IMG/VR virus record: IMGVR_UViG_3300046710_000261
Location: 91,949-155,948 of that record
Strand: one strand, 5' to 3'
Source: a virus
Lineage: Duplodnaviria > Caudoviricetes
DNA: 64,000 bases
Part shown: piece by piece, positions 47,587 through 57,075 of the stretch
Layout: the number at the start of each line of letters is the position of its first letter
Numbering within the stretch: position 1 is the stretch's first letter
Program-made: the position numbers and the translations under genes
Notes under the pieces: model-generated
What the model was told of the DNA's origin: nothing
Database searches by the model: none
What the model saw: the letters and a program-made list of their open reading frames with translations, nothing else

Positions 47587-48288
47587 ATGAAACTCAAATT
47601 TGTAGTTCCTGGCGAACAAATAAAAATGTTGGAAGATGTAAAATTTGTTGATACGGGATGGAGTAAAATGGATATAGATACCATCCCTAAAGATACCGTT
47701 CTTCAAATCAATCAAGTCTATATACGAAATAATGGTTATTTCCAATCAAGCCTAACCTTCAAATTCATTTCTGGCTTGGGGTTTGATAAATTCCTGAAAT
47801 TTGAAAACGATAAGAAGTTGAAACAACTTACAGATAATTATAATAATTTACAAACGCAAATAGATGATTTGAATAAACATGATGCTGATTGGAATTATAA
47901 CCCACCATGGAGTGAAAGAAAACGCATTCCTCTATCCGAAAGTAAACCCATCTATAAGAAAGGAACACTTGAAGAATATCAAAAGTTTTTGTTCGATAAA
48001 GAAGGGGCCTTTTCTTACCATAAATCTACCTATATGGGAATGTTAGAGAAAGCCGCAATTGCTATTGCAAATTTCAAACCCAAGACTACAATCTCCGCAC
48101 ATTTCTGCCCCGTCTTTCGTGTTCCCCTTGCTGAAATCGAAAATTGGGAAATAGAATTACTTCCTGGTAGAGTTGTAGAACAAAAGAATTTATATGTTCC
48201 TGATACTACACCACCCCGTCCTCTTGAAGAAATTGAAAAAGAAATGAAAGAAATGGTCGCTACTCTCACCAATCTTGAGAAGAAATAG
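47587..48288 (+). CDS. Hypothetical protein
   Basis: 233-aa ORF. Confidence 0.6.
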   Translation: MKLKFVVPGEQIKMLEDVKFVDTGWSKMDIDTIPKDTVLQINQVYIRNNGYFQSSLTFKFISGLGFDKFLKFENDKKLKQLTDNYNNLQTQIDDLNKHDADWNYNPPWSERKRIPLSESKPIYKKGTLEEYQKFLFDKEGAFSYHKSTYMGMLEKAAIAIANFKPKTTISAHFCPVFRVPLAEIENWEIELLPGRVVEQKNLYVPDTTPPRPLEEIEKEMKEMVATLTNLEKK

Positions 48289-48334
48289 TCGTTCCTTTTT
48301 ATAAATAAGTATAGATTATATTGGGGGAAAGACT

Positions 48335-49006
48335 ATGCGATATGAAAATTTTTTGGTAGAAGTGGACAAAAGAGAAAAAGAAATGGCAGTGAAGTATAAA
48401 AATGTTCCTGTAGAACAAATTCCTCTTGAAGACCTTTGGGTTTTTATGTCTAAAGGAAATTTGAAATTATCCAAGAAGATAAAAATATTCAATCTTCCCG
48501 CTATACAGAGTTGCCCAAATTCTTCCCAATGTGCTAAATTCTGCTATGCTAGAAAAGCAGAAAGACAATATCCTGCTGTCAGGGCAGCACGAGGCCGAAA
48601 TTTTAGACTTGCTAAAGAAGCCCCCGAACTTTTGAAAAAACAAATATTATCGAAGTTAGAATCAGGAGATATTGTCAGAATTCATGAATCAGGTGATATG
48701 TTCTCTCAAGCATATCTTGATATGTGGTTTGAAATTGCAAAAGAAAGACCTGATGTAAGATTCTATACATATACTAAAACAGAACATATATGGGATTTTG
48801 GAAAGATTAAATCTCTTCCTAATTTCAATGTCGTAAGTTCTTTTGTTGGTGGTAAAGTTAACTTTGGCCCAGAACAAGAAATAAACATTCGTGCAGGAGA
48901 AACAGGTGCCTTTGTTTGTCCATGCAAACCAGGAAATAAGGTGGTTTGTGGGGAAACATGCACCGCTTGCCAAACAAGGTCTGATGTTCTTTTTGTTCAG
49001 CATTAA
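48335..49006 (+). CDS. Gp88-like protein with MRY leader
   Basis: FNLPA..SCP...C..FCYA, RIHESGD, FY.YTK; TATAAATA at 48300. Confidence 0.8.
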   Translation: MRYENFLVEVDKREKEMAVKYKNVPVEQIPLEDLWVFMSKGNLKLSKKIKIFNLPAIQSCPNSSQCAKFCYARKAERQYPAVRAARGRNFRLAKEAPELLKKQILSKLESGDIVRIHESGDMFSQAYLDMWFEIAKERPDVRFYTYTKTEHIWDFGKIKSLPNFNVVSSFVGGKVNFGPEQEINIRAGETGAFVCPCKPGNKVVCGETCTACQTRSDVLFVQH

Positions 49007-49104
49007 TATTTTATGTTTACAATTACTCTCCACTATGCTATAATTATATTGTAGTATAATGATTTTTCTATTTATGAGGTTCAAAAAATATCTTTGGAGA
49101 GATA

Positions 49105-49650
49105 ATGGTAGGTAAACCAAAAGCATTTGTTTTCATTGAAATTGTTTTATTGTTATTCAGTCTTACCTTTTTATTCTATTCAGGCCATAATTTCGGTAAA
49201 GTCTTACCAGTACCCGTCTATATACTCAATCACGACCCTGTTGTATCTGAAGCAAAAATGGCCCTTTATATACTCAATGCTCCTATAAATAAAATCAATG
49301 AACTTACTTCTTCTGTAGCCAATGTTTCAAAAATTACCAAATTGAATCCCACACTTATTGTCGCTTTGATGTATACCGAATCCGAGTTCAAATATAATGC
49401 TGTATCCAATAAAGGATATAAGGGATTGATGCAAACACCATGGGCAACAAAAGAATATGCCGATGTTGATATTCTTTATGGATGCAGAATTTTGAACGAA
49501 AAATTGCTGATTGCCGATGGCGATATGTTATTTGCTCTTGCTTTATATAAAGGTGGTAATAATCCTGAAGCAAAGAAATATGCAAGACAGACAATGAACC
49601 TTTATATGAAAATAAAAGACAAGCAAAAGAAGTTGGATTTGGAAGTATAA
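49105..49650 (+). CDS. Lytic transglycosylase (SLT domain), N-terminal TM
   Basis: ALMYTESEF...AVSNKGYKGLMQ...ALALY.GG. Confidence 0.85.
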   Translation: MVGKPKAFVFIEIVLLLFSLTFLFYSGHNFGKVLPVPVYILNHDPVVSEAKMALYILNAPINKINELTSSVANVSKITKLNPTLIVALMYTESEFKYNAVSNKGYKGLMQTPWATKEYADVDILYGCRILNEKLLIADGDMLFALALYKGGNNPEAKKYARQTMNLYMKIKDKQKKLDLEV

Positions 49651-50449
49651 AAAGGAGAATAAGATGGACAATCTTTGGGATACTGAATTGAAATATGACA
49701 AGCAATTTGAAGATGGAATAAATCAATTCATAAAATTTATGAAGAAACAAGATAAGATTGTTACTGCTCGTGATATGATACCCAAAATGAATTATGAATA
49801 TATCACGGCATATAAAAAAATTGACAGGATTGAATGTCTTTTGTGGGAAGGTGTTCTTATCAACAGAGAAGTATACGATGCCCAATTGAATATCGGATAT
49901 GAAAAATTTGGAACGGGAAGAAATCAGGGGCAAATATATATTCATAAAAAAGGAACTGATTTGCGCACAAGAGAAAATTGGGTGGTAGAAATCAAGCCTT
50001 ATTGGAAAGATACCATTAAAGAAATGTTGAAAGGAGAATGATAATGCCAGAAGATATCCCGCTTTTCAATAAGTTTGAAGAAAAATATAATTGGCCACCT
50101 TCACAGAGTGAAGATAGAAAGGAGAACAAAATGGAAGAGAATACGGATAAAATATTGGCCCCAAAAGTAGAAAAGGAAAAAAATCAAATGTTGTCAAAAA
50201 TCGGCAATGCTGTCAATAAGTTTGCTTTGATTACTCTGATATTTTTCTTATTCGGTATCAGTGTGGGCATTTGGGGTGCGAAGCAATATTTCTATATGAA
50301 GATGGGCGAGATTGTTCAAGTTAAAGGATTTGTCCATGATGGCAATGTTTTCGATGTTCGTTTGAGAGTTACAGACATTCAGACGCCGCCATCCCAGGTT
50401 GTCCCTCCAACGTCAACCAAAAAATAAAGAAATATATAGGCTGGTTTTA

Positions 50450-50482
50450 GACCCATAGGTGCGAAAGTGCTTATGGGTTTTT
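50450..50482. terminator. Terminator between convergent units
   Basis: ACCCATAGG...CTTATGGGT plus T-run. Confidence 0.6.
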
Positions 50483-50926
50483 TATTTTTTCTCTTACTTT
50501 TTCCAGAATGTTTTTCATACCAGAATTGAACATTTTCAAATTGTTCCAATTGATATAATGGAATTGATCAACTTCTGGCGCGAGTTCATCGGGTCTTATA
50601 TGAAACATTGAAGTGCATTTCATTGAAGATATTGAAGGAAGATTTTCAAGTTTCAGGACAAAAACGTCAACGTCTTTATAGTTTGTATAATAATGTTTTC
50701 CCATTGGGGTTAGTTGTGATTTATATCTCGATATGTCAATGTTTGTTTCTTCTTTGAACTCCCTTACAATAGTTTCAACAGGGTTTTCTCCTGGATTGCC
50801 CATTCCTTTTGGCATATCATAGAGAAATCCATTTGTAGGTCTAACGGCGAGAAATACTTCTCCATCTGTAAGAATAAGACCTACACTGAGTTTTTTTTCT
50901 TCTGTTATATATTTATTGAGTCTCAT
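50471..50926 (-). CDS. Nudix hydrolase, MRL leader
   Basis: PKG...GE....T.VREFKEETNI (Nudix box). Confidence 0.9.
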   Translation of the reverse strand: MRLNKYITEEKKLSVGLILTDGEVFLAVRPTNGFLYDMPKGMGNPGENPVETIVREFKEETNIDISRYKSQLTPMGKHYYTNYKDVDVFVLKLENLPSISSMKCTSMFHIRPDELAPEVDQFHYINWNNLKMFNSGMKNILEKVREKIKNP

Positions 50927-51228
50927 TCTGATCCCATATTACTATTCTGGTATTTGATTTTTTGAGCAGTAGGAAAATCCTTGAACTCTCCATTCTGATA
51001 AAATCCTTTGAATGCTATGGGAGAATCGCCTATCGCAATATATGGTATAAGACTTGGGCGTTTATATGCGGTCAGAGTTGTCATACCAAAGACTGTGTGG
51101 GCAATCCATGCATACTCATTTCCCACGCTCATTTCTTTCATTCTTTGGTGAAGCTGATCTACATTCTTTATGTTATAAACAACAACTTTCCTTTCTTCTT
51201 TTTCTGTAAGATATTCTTGTAGTCTCAT
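50923..51228 (-). CDS. Hypothetical protein, MRL leader
   Basis: MRLQEYLTEKE; coupled to neighbours. Confidence 0.65.
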   Translation of the reverse strand: MRLQEYLTEKEERKVVVYNIKNVDQLHQRMKEMSVGNEYAWIAHTVFGMTTLTAYKRPSLIPYIAIGDSPIAFKGFYQNGEFKDFPTAQKIKYQNSNMGSE

Positions 51229-52607
51229 TATTTTTCCGATAGAGCATATTTCAATGATGGGTTGACTATTAATCCAGCCCGTCTAATAAATTGGCGATTC
51301 ATCAATACAGGAGTTGAAAAATCTTCTCGATCTGATAGACAGAATCTAACGTTTTTGTATGTTTCCCCGTTGAAAATTACATTCAACTTTATGACGGGTC
51401 TTTCTTCTCTCTTATGTTCTGTCGCTCCTGCTTCTACTTCTTTCATGGAGTCTAATTCATCGGTATATTTCTTTCCATACATTTCCCATCTTATATTATC
51501 GCCATTTATTTTCCATTTGTTGGCATGAATGACAGAGTAAGAACTATTGCCCGTATCCATTTTGGCATCAAATTCTTTATCTGTTTTTTCTATTTTTATT
51601 TTTTCAACGAAACCACATTCTGTCTTTTTTATATCAGCCCAATTGTTCTTATCGGTTATGAACTTTACTACTGTTCCAACTATATTTTTATGGGTGGCTT
51701 TTTCTATTCCTTCTGTCCCTGGTGAAGAGTTGACTTCGATAACGCGATAATCCTCTTTTCCTGCATCCATTACATCTACACCGACCCATATTCCCCCTAT
51801 TGCCTTCGCTGCATTGATAGCAAATTCTCTCAATTTGTCATTTACTTTCATCTCTTCAATTTTGCCACCAAGAGAATAATTTGATCTGAAATCATTTTTT
51901 ATTTTGAATCTTTTCATTGCTCCTATGACTTCACCACCCAGAACATGGATTCTCATATCAAAATCTGCTTCAATGTATTCCTGCATCAATATCTGTACTT
52001 CTTCATCTACTTTCCACATTGCCTGAAGAGTAGAATTCATGCCAATCCACGAATCCGCAAAAAACACTCCAATACCCTTTGATCCTGTTATGGTTTTTAA
52101 GATACATGGGAATTTTCCACCAATTCGTTTAAATGCGCCCCCAAGCCCATCTTTATTCACTACCGTTGCTGTCTTGGGGCATTTTATCTCATTGTCTTCC
52201 ATGGCGAGAATTGTTCGATATTTATCGGAGCATATTTCTATTGCTTCTCTTCCATTTACACAGAATATACCAGCATTTTCCATTCTGGAAAGAAGGTCAA
52301 GGCCAGTTGATAGTGTATCAAAAGTTCCTCGAACAACAACTGCTGTATTGTTTTTGTGTATTTTAAATCCTTGTTTGTCATCGGAATTATGGACGGTCAT
52401 ATCATCTTTATTTCGATTGATGAATGCATTCTCGGCGTATAATACATAATGACTTATTTTTTTCTTTTCACAATACTCTTTGATTTTCTTTGATGTGTCA
52501 AAGAGTTTATCCCCACCAGAATCTTCTTTTTTTTCATCATTCTTTGTTGTGAGAATTACGACTTTAATTTTTTCATCTGCTTCGGTTATATAATATTTAA
52601 GTCTCAT
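51228..52607 (-). CDS. RimK-family ATP-grasp ligase fused to retropepsin-like protease, MRL leader
   Basis: CSDK, GSKGIGV, QEYI, DMRI.V, FRSN.SLGG, GVD, EVNSSPG; C-terminal AKMDTGN...ERPV...DR. Confidence 0.92.
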   Translation of the reverse strand: MRLKYYITEADEKIKVVILTTKNDEKKEDSGGDKLFDTSKKIKEYCEKKKISHYVLYAENAFINRNKDDMTVHNSDDKQGFKIHKNNTAVVVRGTFDTLSTGLDLLSRMENAGIFCVNGREAIEICSDKYRTILAMEDNEIKCPKTATVVNKDGLGGAFKRIGGKFPCILKTITGSKGIGVFFADSWIGMNSTLQAMWKVDEEVQILMQEYIEADFDMRIHVLGGEVIGAMKRFKIKNDFRSNYSLGGKIEEMKVNDKLREFAINAAKAIGGIWVGVDVMDAGKEDYRVIEVNSSPGTEGIEKATHKNIVGTVVKFITDKNNWADIKKTECGFVEKIKIEKTDKEFDAKMDTGNSSYSVIHANKWKINGDNIRWEMYGKKYTDELDSMKEVEAGATEHKREERPVIKLNVIFNGETYKNVRFCLSDREDFSTPVLMNRQFIRRAGLIVNPSLKYALSEK

Positions 52608-53135
52608 TTATTTCTCAATATAGTCATCAAGTATTTTGACTAAATCTTCAGCATAGATATCATGTTCTTTGTGTTTTGAAACCCATTTTAAATCTTTTCC
52701 CACACCAAAATCTATATCATATAAATCCTTTCCGTTTAGATGAATAACAACCTTTCCTTTGAATTTTGCTCCATTCACTCTAAACTGAAGACTTGATGGA
52801 TTGTTTGTTGATACAAAATCTTGTGCTCCCCATGCTCCCAATGCCCACTTATCTAAAGAATGAATTTGTGTAAGAATGGTTTTAGCAACTTGATGCCCCT
52901 GCTCCCAAAGTAGTTTCTCTTCCTTGGTCATGGTCATTTCTTCCTTTCTCCTACTCAATAATTTTTTTTTCTTCTTCTTCTTATTATAAATGTAGTAAGG
53001 ATAAAATTTGGCTATCTTGCTTGTTGTTGTGGCACCACTTCCAATTTCTCCACCTTTTGCTCCTCCAGCTATTCCACCAGAAGTCATTCCACCACCACCC
53101 GCCATTTGCTCTTGCATGTATTTTTCAAGCCTCAT
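52608..53135 (-). CDS. Hypothetical protein, MRL leader, Gly-rich and poly-Lys N-half
   Basis: MRLEKYMQEQ; possible internal start near MTMTKEE. Confidence 0.55.
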   Translation of the reverse strand: MRLEKYMQEQMAGGGGMTSGGIAGGAKGGEIGSGATTTSKIAKFYPYYIYNKKKKKKKLLSRRKEEMTMTKEEKLLWEQGHQVAKTILTQIHSLDKWALGAWGAQDFVSTNNPSSLQFRVNGAKFKGKVVIHLNGKDLYDIDFGVGKDLKWVSKHKEHDIYAEDLVKILDDYIEK

Positions 53136-53371
53136 TAGTATTGCCTCATGCTATCAGTTGTTTCTCCTGATGTATCTGCTATTGGTCGAAATGTTAATGG
53201 CTTTTTAACTTCTTTCGGTTCTTTCTTTTTCTTCTTTTTCTTTCTGTCGATTTGATCCTTTGGCTTATATGCAACTGCCCCCATACCATAATTCGCAAAG
53301 CCACCAGATGTTTGATTGCTGGGGTTCGAAGATACACCGTCTTGTTCTGATAAATATTTTTTTAGTCTCAT
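53135..53371 (-). CDS. Small basic protein, MRL leader
   Basis: MRLKKYLSEQ; poly-Lys tract. Confidence 0.6.
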   Translation of the reverse strand: MRLKKYLSEQDGVSSNPSNQTSGGFANYGMGAVAYKPKDQIDRKKKKKKKEPKEVKKPLTFRPIADTSGETTDSMRQY

Positions 53372-53961
53372 AGATCGTTTTTATCTTTTATGTTTCTTTT
53401 TCTTTCTGTCAATCTTTCTTCTCTTTCTTGCATTCTTTCTTTTTCTCTTGTAATGCTTTCTTCTTCTCTCGCTATTCCTCTATCTGTGCTTTCTTGTTCT
53501 CTCTTACTTCTTCTCATTGTAATTCTTTCTTTTTTATCTTCTCTATCTTTTTCTTGCGCTTGTATTTCTGTTTCTCTTCCTTTTTCTCTTTCTATATTTG
53601 CTTCTTCTCGGCCTTCTTCTTTTGTTTTTATGAGTTCTTCTTTTCTTCTGAAATTTTTATCTGCCTTTTCTTCTCTAATATCTCGTAGATATTTTTCAAA
53701 GAATTTATTTTTTGTTAAAGCAAATGTGAATGCTCCAATGGATATTGCTAATACCAAAAGATATTCAATTAACATATGTTCATGTTCGTATTGAAACGAA
53801 TAAAGCCTTCTAATACCTATGAGAGTGGCAGTTGAAATAAAAGCAGCCCATGATGCATTCCATAATTTATTGCTTTTGATTAAGACCCAGTTTCTAAATC
53901 CATAGTATAGTGACATGAATCCAAATACAGTTGATATTAATACTAAAACATTAATTAACAT
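53368..53961 (-). CDS. Three-TM protein with highly charged tail
   Basis: Hydrophobic helices, then E/R/K-rich C-terminus. Confidence 0.55.
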   Translation of the reverse strand: MLINVLVLISTVFGFMSLYYGFRNWVLIKSNKLWNASWAAFISTATLIGIRRLYSFQYEHEHMLIEYLLVLAISIGAFTFALTKNKFFEKYLRDIREEKADKNFRRKEELIKTKEEGREEANIEREKGRETEIQAQEKDREDKKERITMRRSKREQESTDRGIAREEESITREKERMQEREERLTERKRNIKDKNDL

Positions 53962-53989
53962 AATTTTTTCACCTCTATTTTTTTTCCTC

Positions 53990-54460
53990 TTATTCTTTAT
54001 TACAGTCACCGATAATAAATTTTTTACATGAACAAACAACTTTTCTTCGTCCTGATGTTCTTTTTTCAGCATCTCTTTTCATGTATTCCATTTCTATTCG
54101 CGCTGTCCATATAGCATATGATATTAATTTTGGGTCTTTGCTTGGTTCAAGTTCATGCTTTTCCGTAGCAATGATATTTTTTAATTCGCATAATTCATCA
54201 TCATTGAGGTTCGGAAATCTGTCTAGCAAATCATCTTTTCTAAAATGTATTGGCTGCTTAATAATTTTTCTTGCTTGATCGGATACTATATCCCACCACA
54301 GATCTGTTTTTGTTTCTATACTAACCAATCTTCTTTCTATTCCTAGCAATACTTTGAATTGTGTCCATAATAATCCAAAAAAACTTATAGCGATGGCTAT
54401 TATTGAAAGCACCAATTCTAATGTAATCGGTGTTGCAAACTGTGGACTTGGTAATGCCAT
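53990..54460 (-). CDS. Single-TM protein
   Basis: GAGGAGG RBS; hydrophobic N-terminal helix. Confidence 0.6.
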   Translation of the reverse strand: MALPSPQFATPITLELVLSIIAIAISFFGLLWTQFKVLLGIERRLVSIETKTDLWWDIVSDQARKIIKQPIHFRKDDLLDRFPNLNDDELCELKNIIATEKHELEPSKDPKLISYAIWTARIEMEYMKRDAEKRTSGRRKVVCSCKKFIIGDCNKE

Positions 54461-54531
54461 AACATTTTCCTCCTCACATAACATAAGAACAAAATTTCGT
54501 CCTCTTGTTAGTCGTTTGTTCTTAAAACTCT

Positions 54532-54567
54532 TCTATCTTATTTATAAAATTTTATAAATAAGATAGA
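54532..54567. promoter_or_regulatory. Perfect 36-bp palindrome holding divergent late promoters
   Basis: TCTATCTTATTTATAAAA-TTTTATAAATAAGATAGA; TATAAATA on each strand. Confidence 0.75.
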
Positions 54568-54847
54568 GTGAAACTATGTTAATTGTTCAAGGAGATATAT
54601 TGGATATTGTAAAAAAAATTTCATATATATTGGATGAAGAAATAGAAGAAATGAGAGATGATCGTCTCATGGCTTTCATTAGATCACAACTCTATCTAAC
54701 GAATAATATGGTTCAAAAAGAAGATGTTTGGAAAATGGTTACGGGAGAATTTAAGAATGTCAAAAGGGAACAATTTGAAAAGATATGGGTTATACTTTTG
54801 GATAATAGTTTTCTTGTAAGAAAAAATAAAGAAGGAAATTTCTTTGA

Positions 54848-55120
54848 GTGGAGCAAATGAACATAACAGAACGATTGAGAGTATTTTCAATACCACCATT
54901 GGTTGAAAAGAATGTAGCAACCACAAAGGAACTTTACCGTGAGTTATTAAAAATGGCTCATCCAGACATGAATCCCCATCTTCCCAATGCTACTAGGATA
55001 GCACAAGAATTGAATGCTGTCAAAGATAATTGGTATGGTCTTGTAACATTGGGTATAAAATATGGTTTGATTAGAAGAGGGCCGATGAAACCCGAAAAGA
55101 ATGTAGATATTACTGTATAG
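54848..55120 (+). CDS. J-domain-like (HPD) small protein
   Basis: LYRELLKMAHPDMNP...AQELNAVKD. Confidence 0.65.
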   Translation: MEQMNITERLRVFSIPPLVEKNVATTKELYRELLKMAHPDMNPHLPNATRIAQELNAVKDNWYGLVTLGIKYGLIRRGPMKPEKNVDITV

Positions 55121-55131
55121 GAGGAAATAAT

Positions 55132-55497
55132 ATGCCAGAACCAAAAGCAGGCGAAGAAAAAGAAGAGTATATCAGCAGATGTATCAAACAGGTAATGGAT
55201 GAAGGAGAAACTGATAATAAAGCGGCTGCGGGAAAATGTTATGGGATGTGGAAACAGGCCCATAAGAAAAGCGAAGCAGTTGAAGAAATAGTTGATAAAC
55301 ATCTTTTAAGTGAACAGGAAAAGAATGTATGCTATCATTGCGATCATGAATGGGGTGGAAGAAATAAAAAAGGTCCGGAACCATCATCATGCCCAAGATG
55401 TAAATCAGGGGATGTTGGTGTGAAGACTTCTGCTGCGAAACCAAAACCTCCAGTAAAACCAGCACCAAAACCAATGAAACCAGTGGTGAAAAAATGA
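55132..55497 (+). CDS. Small protein with zinc ribbon
   Basis: MPEPK.GE..EEYISRC...C...W; CYHC...CPRC. Confidence 0.6.
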   Translation: MPEPKAGEEKEEYISRCIKQVMDEGETDNKAAAGKCYGMWKQAHKKSEAVEEIVDKHLLSEQEKNVCYHCDHEWGGRNKKGPEPSSCPRCKSGDVGVKTSAAKPKPPVKPAPKPMKPVVKK

Positions 55498-55685
55498 TAG
55501 ATAGAATAGTAGATAAATATTTGGGTGAAGATTTATCCGCACACAAAGCATGGAAGGCAAAAGAATCCGATGTTACCGAAATGAAATGTATGGAATGTGG
55601 CAGAGAGTTCAAGAAGAAAATCAGTAAGGGAACATATGAAGTAAAATGCCCGAAGTGTGGTTCTTATGATACCGAGCCAAAATAA
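55494..55685 (+). CDS. Zinc-ribbon protein
   Basis: CMEC...CPKCGS; IVDKYLGE leader. Confidence 0.65.
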   Translation: MIDRIVDKYLGEDLSAHKAWKAKESDVTEMKCMECGREFKKKISKGTYEVKCPKCGSYDTEPK

Positions 55686-55871
55686 ATGGATAAAATAATC
55701 TTCAAGTATCTTACTGAAGATACGGACATGGAATGTAATAGTTGTGGAAAAAAGTTTCAAGTCAAAAGAATGGAGCCCGGGATTGTTTGCCCACATTGTA
55801 ATTCAAAGGATGTTGACCAATATATTATAGACTTTGATAAACAGAATAAGAAAATTGGTTATTATCATTGA
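55686..55871 (+). CDS. Zinc-ribbon protein
   Basis: CNSC...CPHCNS; IIFKYLTE leader. Confidence 0.6.
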   Translation: MDKIIFKYLTEDTDMECNSCGKKFQVKRMEPGIVCPHCNSKDVDQYIIDFDKQNKKIGYYH

Positions 55872-55879
55872 GGTGTGAT

Positions 55880-56287
55880 ATGGTAAAGAAAAAGAAAGGA
55901 ACATTTCTTTCTAAACTCAAAGAAAATATTGGGATTATACTTTTAACGTTGGCTTTGATTGGTGGAATATTTGCGTTTGATAGTAGATATGAAAAATCTC
56001 TTCAAGCCCAACAACAAAAAGAAGAAGTATTAAAAAGTTTTGAACAACTTAATAAAAATTTAACTCAACAGAAACAACAGAATGATACATTGTTTCAACA
56101 ACAAAAACAACAGGCCGACCAAAACTTTTTACAACAAGACGAAAAAAGACTTTATGATAGAGAGAAAAGTCTTAAACGAGAAATACAAAGGTATCCCAAA
56201 GATCAGTCTCTTAAAGATGAATTATCTGATGTTCAGAAACAAAGAAATGATTTGACAAACCAAATCAATATAATGAGGGCAAAATGA
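55880..56287 (+). CDS. TM plus coiled-coil protein
   Basis: One hydrophobic helix, then Q-rich coil. Confidence 0.55.
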   Translation: MVKKKKGTFLSKLKENIGIILLTLALIGGIFAFDSRYEKSLQAQQQKEEVLKSFEQLNKNLTQQKQQNDTLFQQQKQQADQNFLQQDEKRLYDREKSLKREIQRYPKDQSLKDELSDVQKQRNDLTNQINIMRAK

Positions 56288-56742
56288 GTTTCATGAGCCA
56301 TGTGTTTGATGCTGAAAAGCATAAGGTGTATAAGCCAAAATTTTTGAGTAAGTATACGGGAAAAGATTTTCCTATTTGTAGAAGTGAATGGGAACGCTCA
56401 TTTATGAAGTGGGTTGATAATAATCCCAATGTCATTAAATGGAACTCTGAGGGTTTGGAAATACCATATATTGATCCTGTAACAAAGAAATGGAAAAGAT
56501 ATTATCCTGATTTTACAATGGTGGTAAAGAACAATGATGGGCATGAAATTTACTATGTGGTGGAAATAAAACCATATAGAGAAGTATATCCTCCAAAACC
56601 ATCACCGAATAAAGCACTCAAATCGGTTATGTATGAAAGCCAGATGTATGCTCGCAATACTGCTAAATGGCATGCGGCCAATGATTTTTGTAGGAAACGT
56701 GGCTTGATTTTCAAGATAATTACAGAGAAGGAGTTATTCTAA
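56284..56742 (+). CDS. gp4: Head completion nuclease (T4 gp4)
   Basis: RSEWERSFM.W.D.NP.V..W.SE...IPY.DP...RYYPDF...VEIKP...KW.AA...F.IITEKEL. Confidence 0.9.
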   Translation: MSFMSHVFDAEKHKVYKPKFLSKYTGKDFPICRSEWERSFMKWVDNNPNVIKWNSEGLEIPYIDPVTKKWKRYYPDFTMVVKNNDGHEIYYVVEIKPYREVYPPKPSPNKALKSVMYESQMYARNTAKWHAANDFCRKRGLIFKIITEKELF

Positions 56743-56743
56743 A

Positions 56744-57070
56744 ATGAATATTGAGAATATATCGGAAAAATATTTGGCTGGTAAAAAGGGCAGGATGCTT
56801 TCAGAACTTCTTTCTAAGATTCCACTTGATAGCAATTCTGATAAGGAAATGATGAGAATATCCATTCTTGCTGAATTAGATGCCATTAACCTCTATGAGC
56901 AAATGGCGAAAGCAACGGGAAATGAAAAAATAAAGTTATTGCTTTTAGATGTGGCAAAAGAAGAAAAGACCCATGTGGGAGAATTTCAAGCCGCCTTGGT
57001 GGAAATAGACAAAGAATACGAAGAAGAACTGAAAAAAGGCAAGGATGAAGTAGAAGAAAAATTAGGATAA
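56744..57070 (+). CDS. Ferritin-like/rubrerythrin-like diiron protein
   Basis: AELDAINLYEQ...DVAKEEKTHVGEF. Confidence 0.85.
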   Translation: MNIENISEKYLAGKKGRMLSELLSKIPLDSNSDKEMMRISILAELDAINLYEQMAKATGNEKIKLLLLDVAKEEKTHVGEFQAALVEIDKEYEEELKKGKDEVEEKLG

Positions 57071-57075
57071 AATTT

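Noticed and set aside
53390-53794. Ser/Leu/Phe-rich plus-strand ORFs
   Set aside because: Reverse complement of the E/R/K-rich tail of the minus-strand gene
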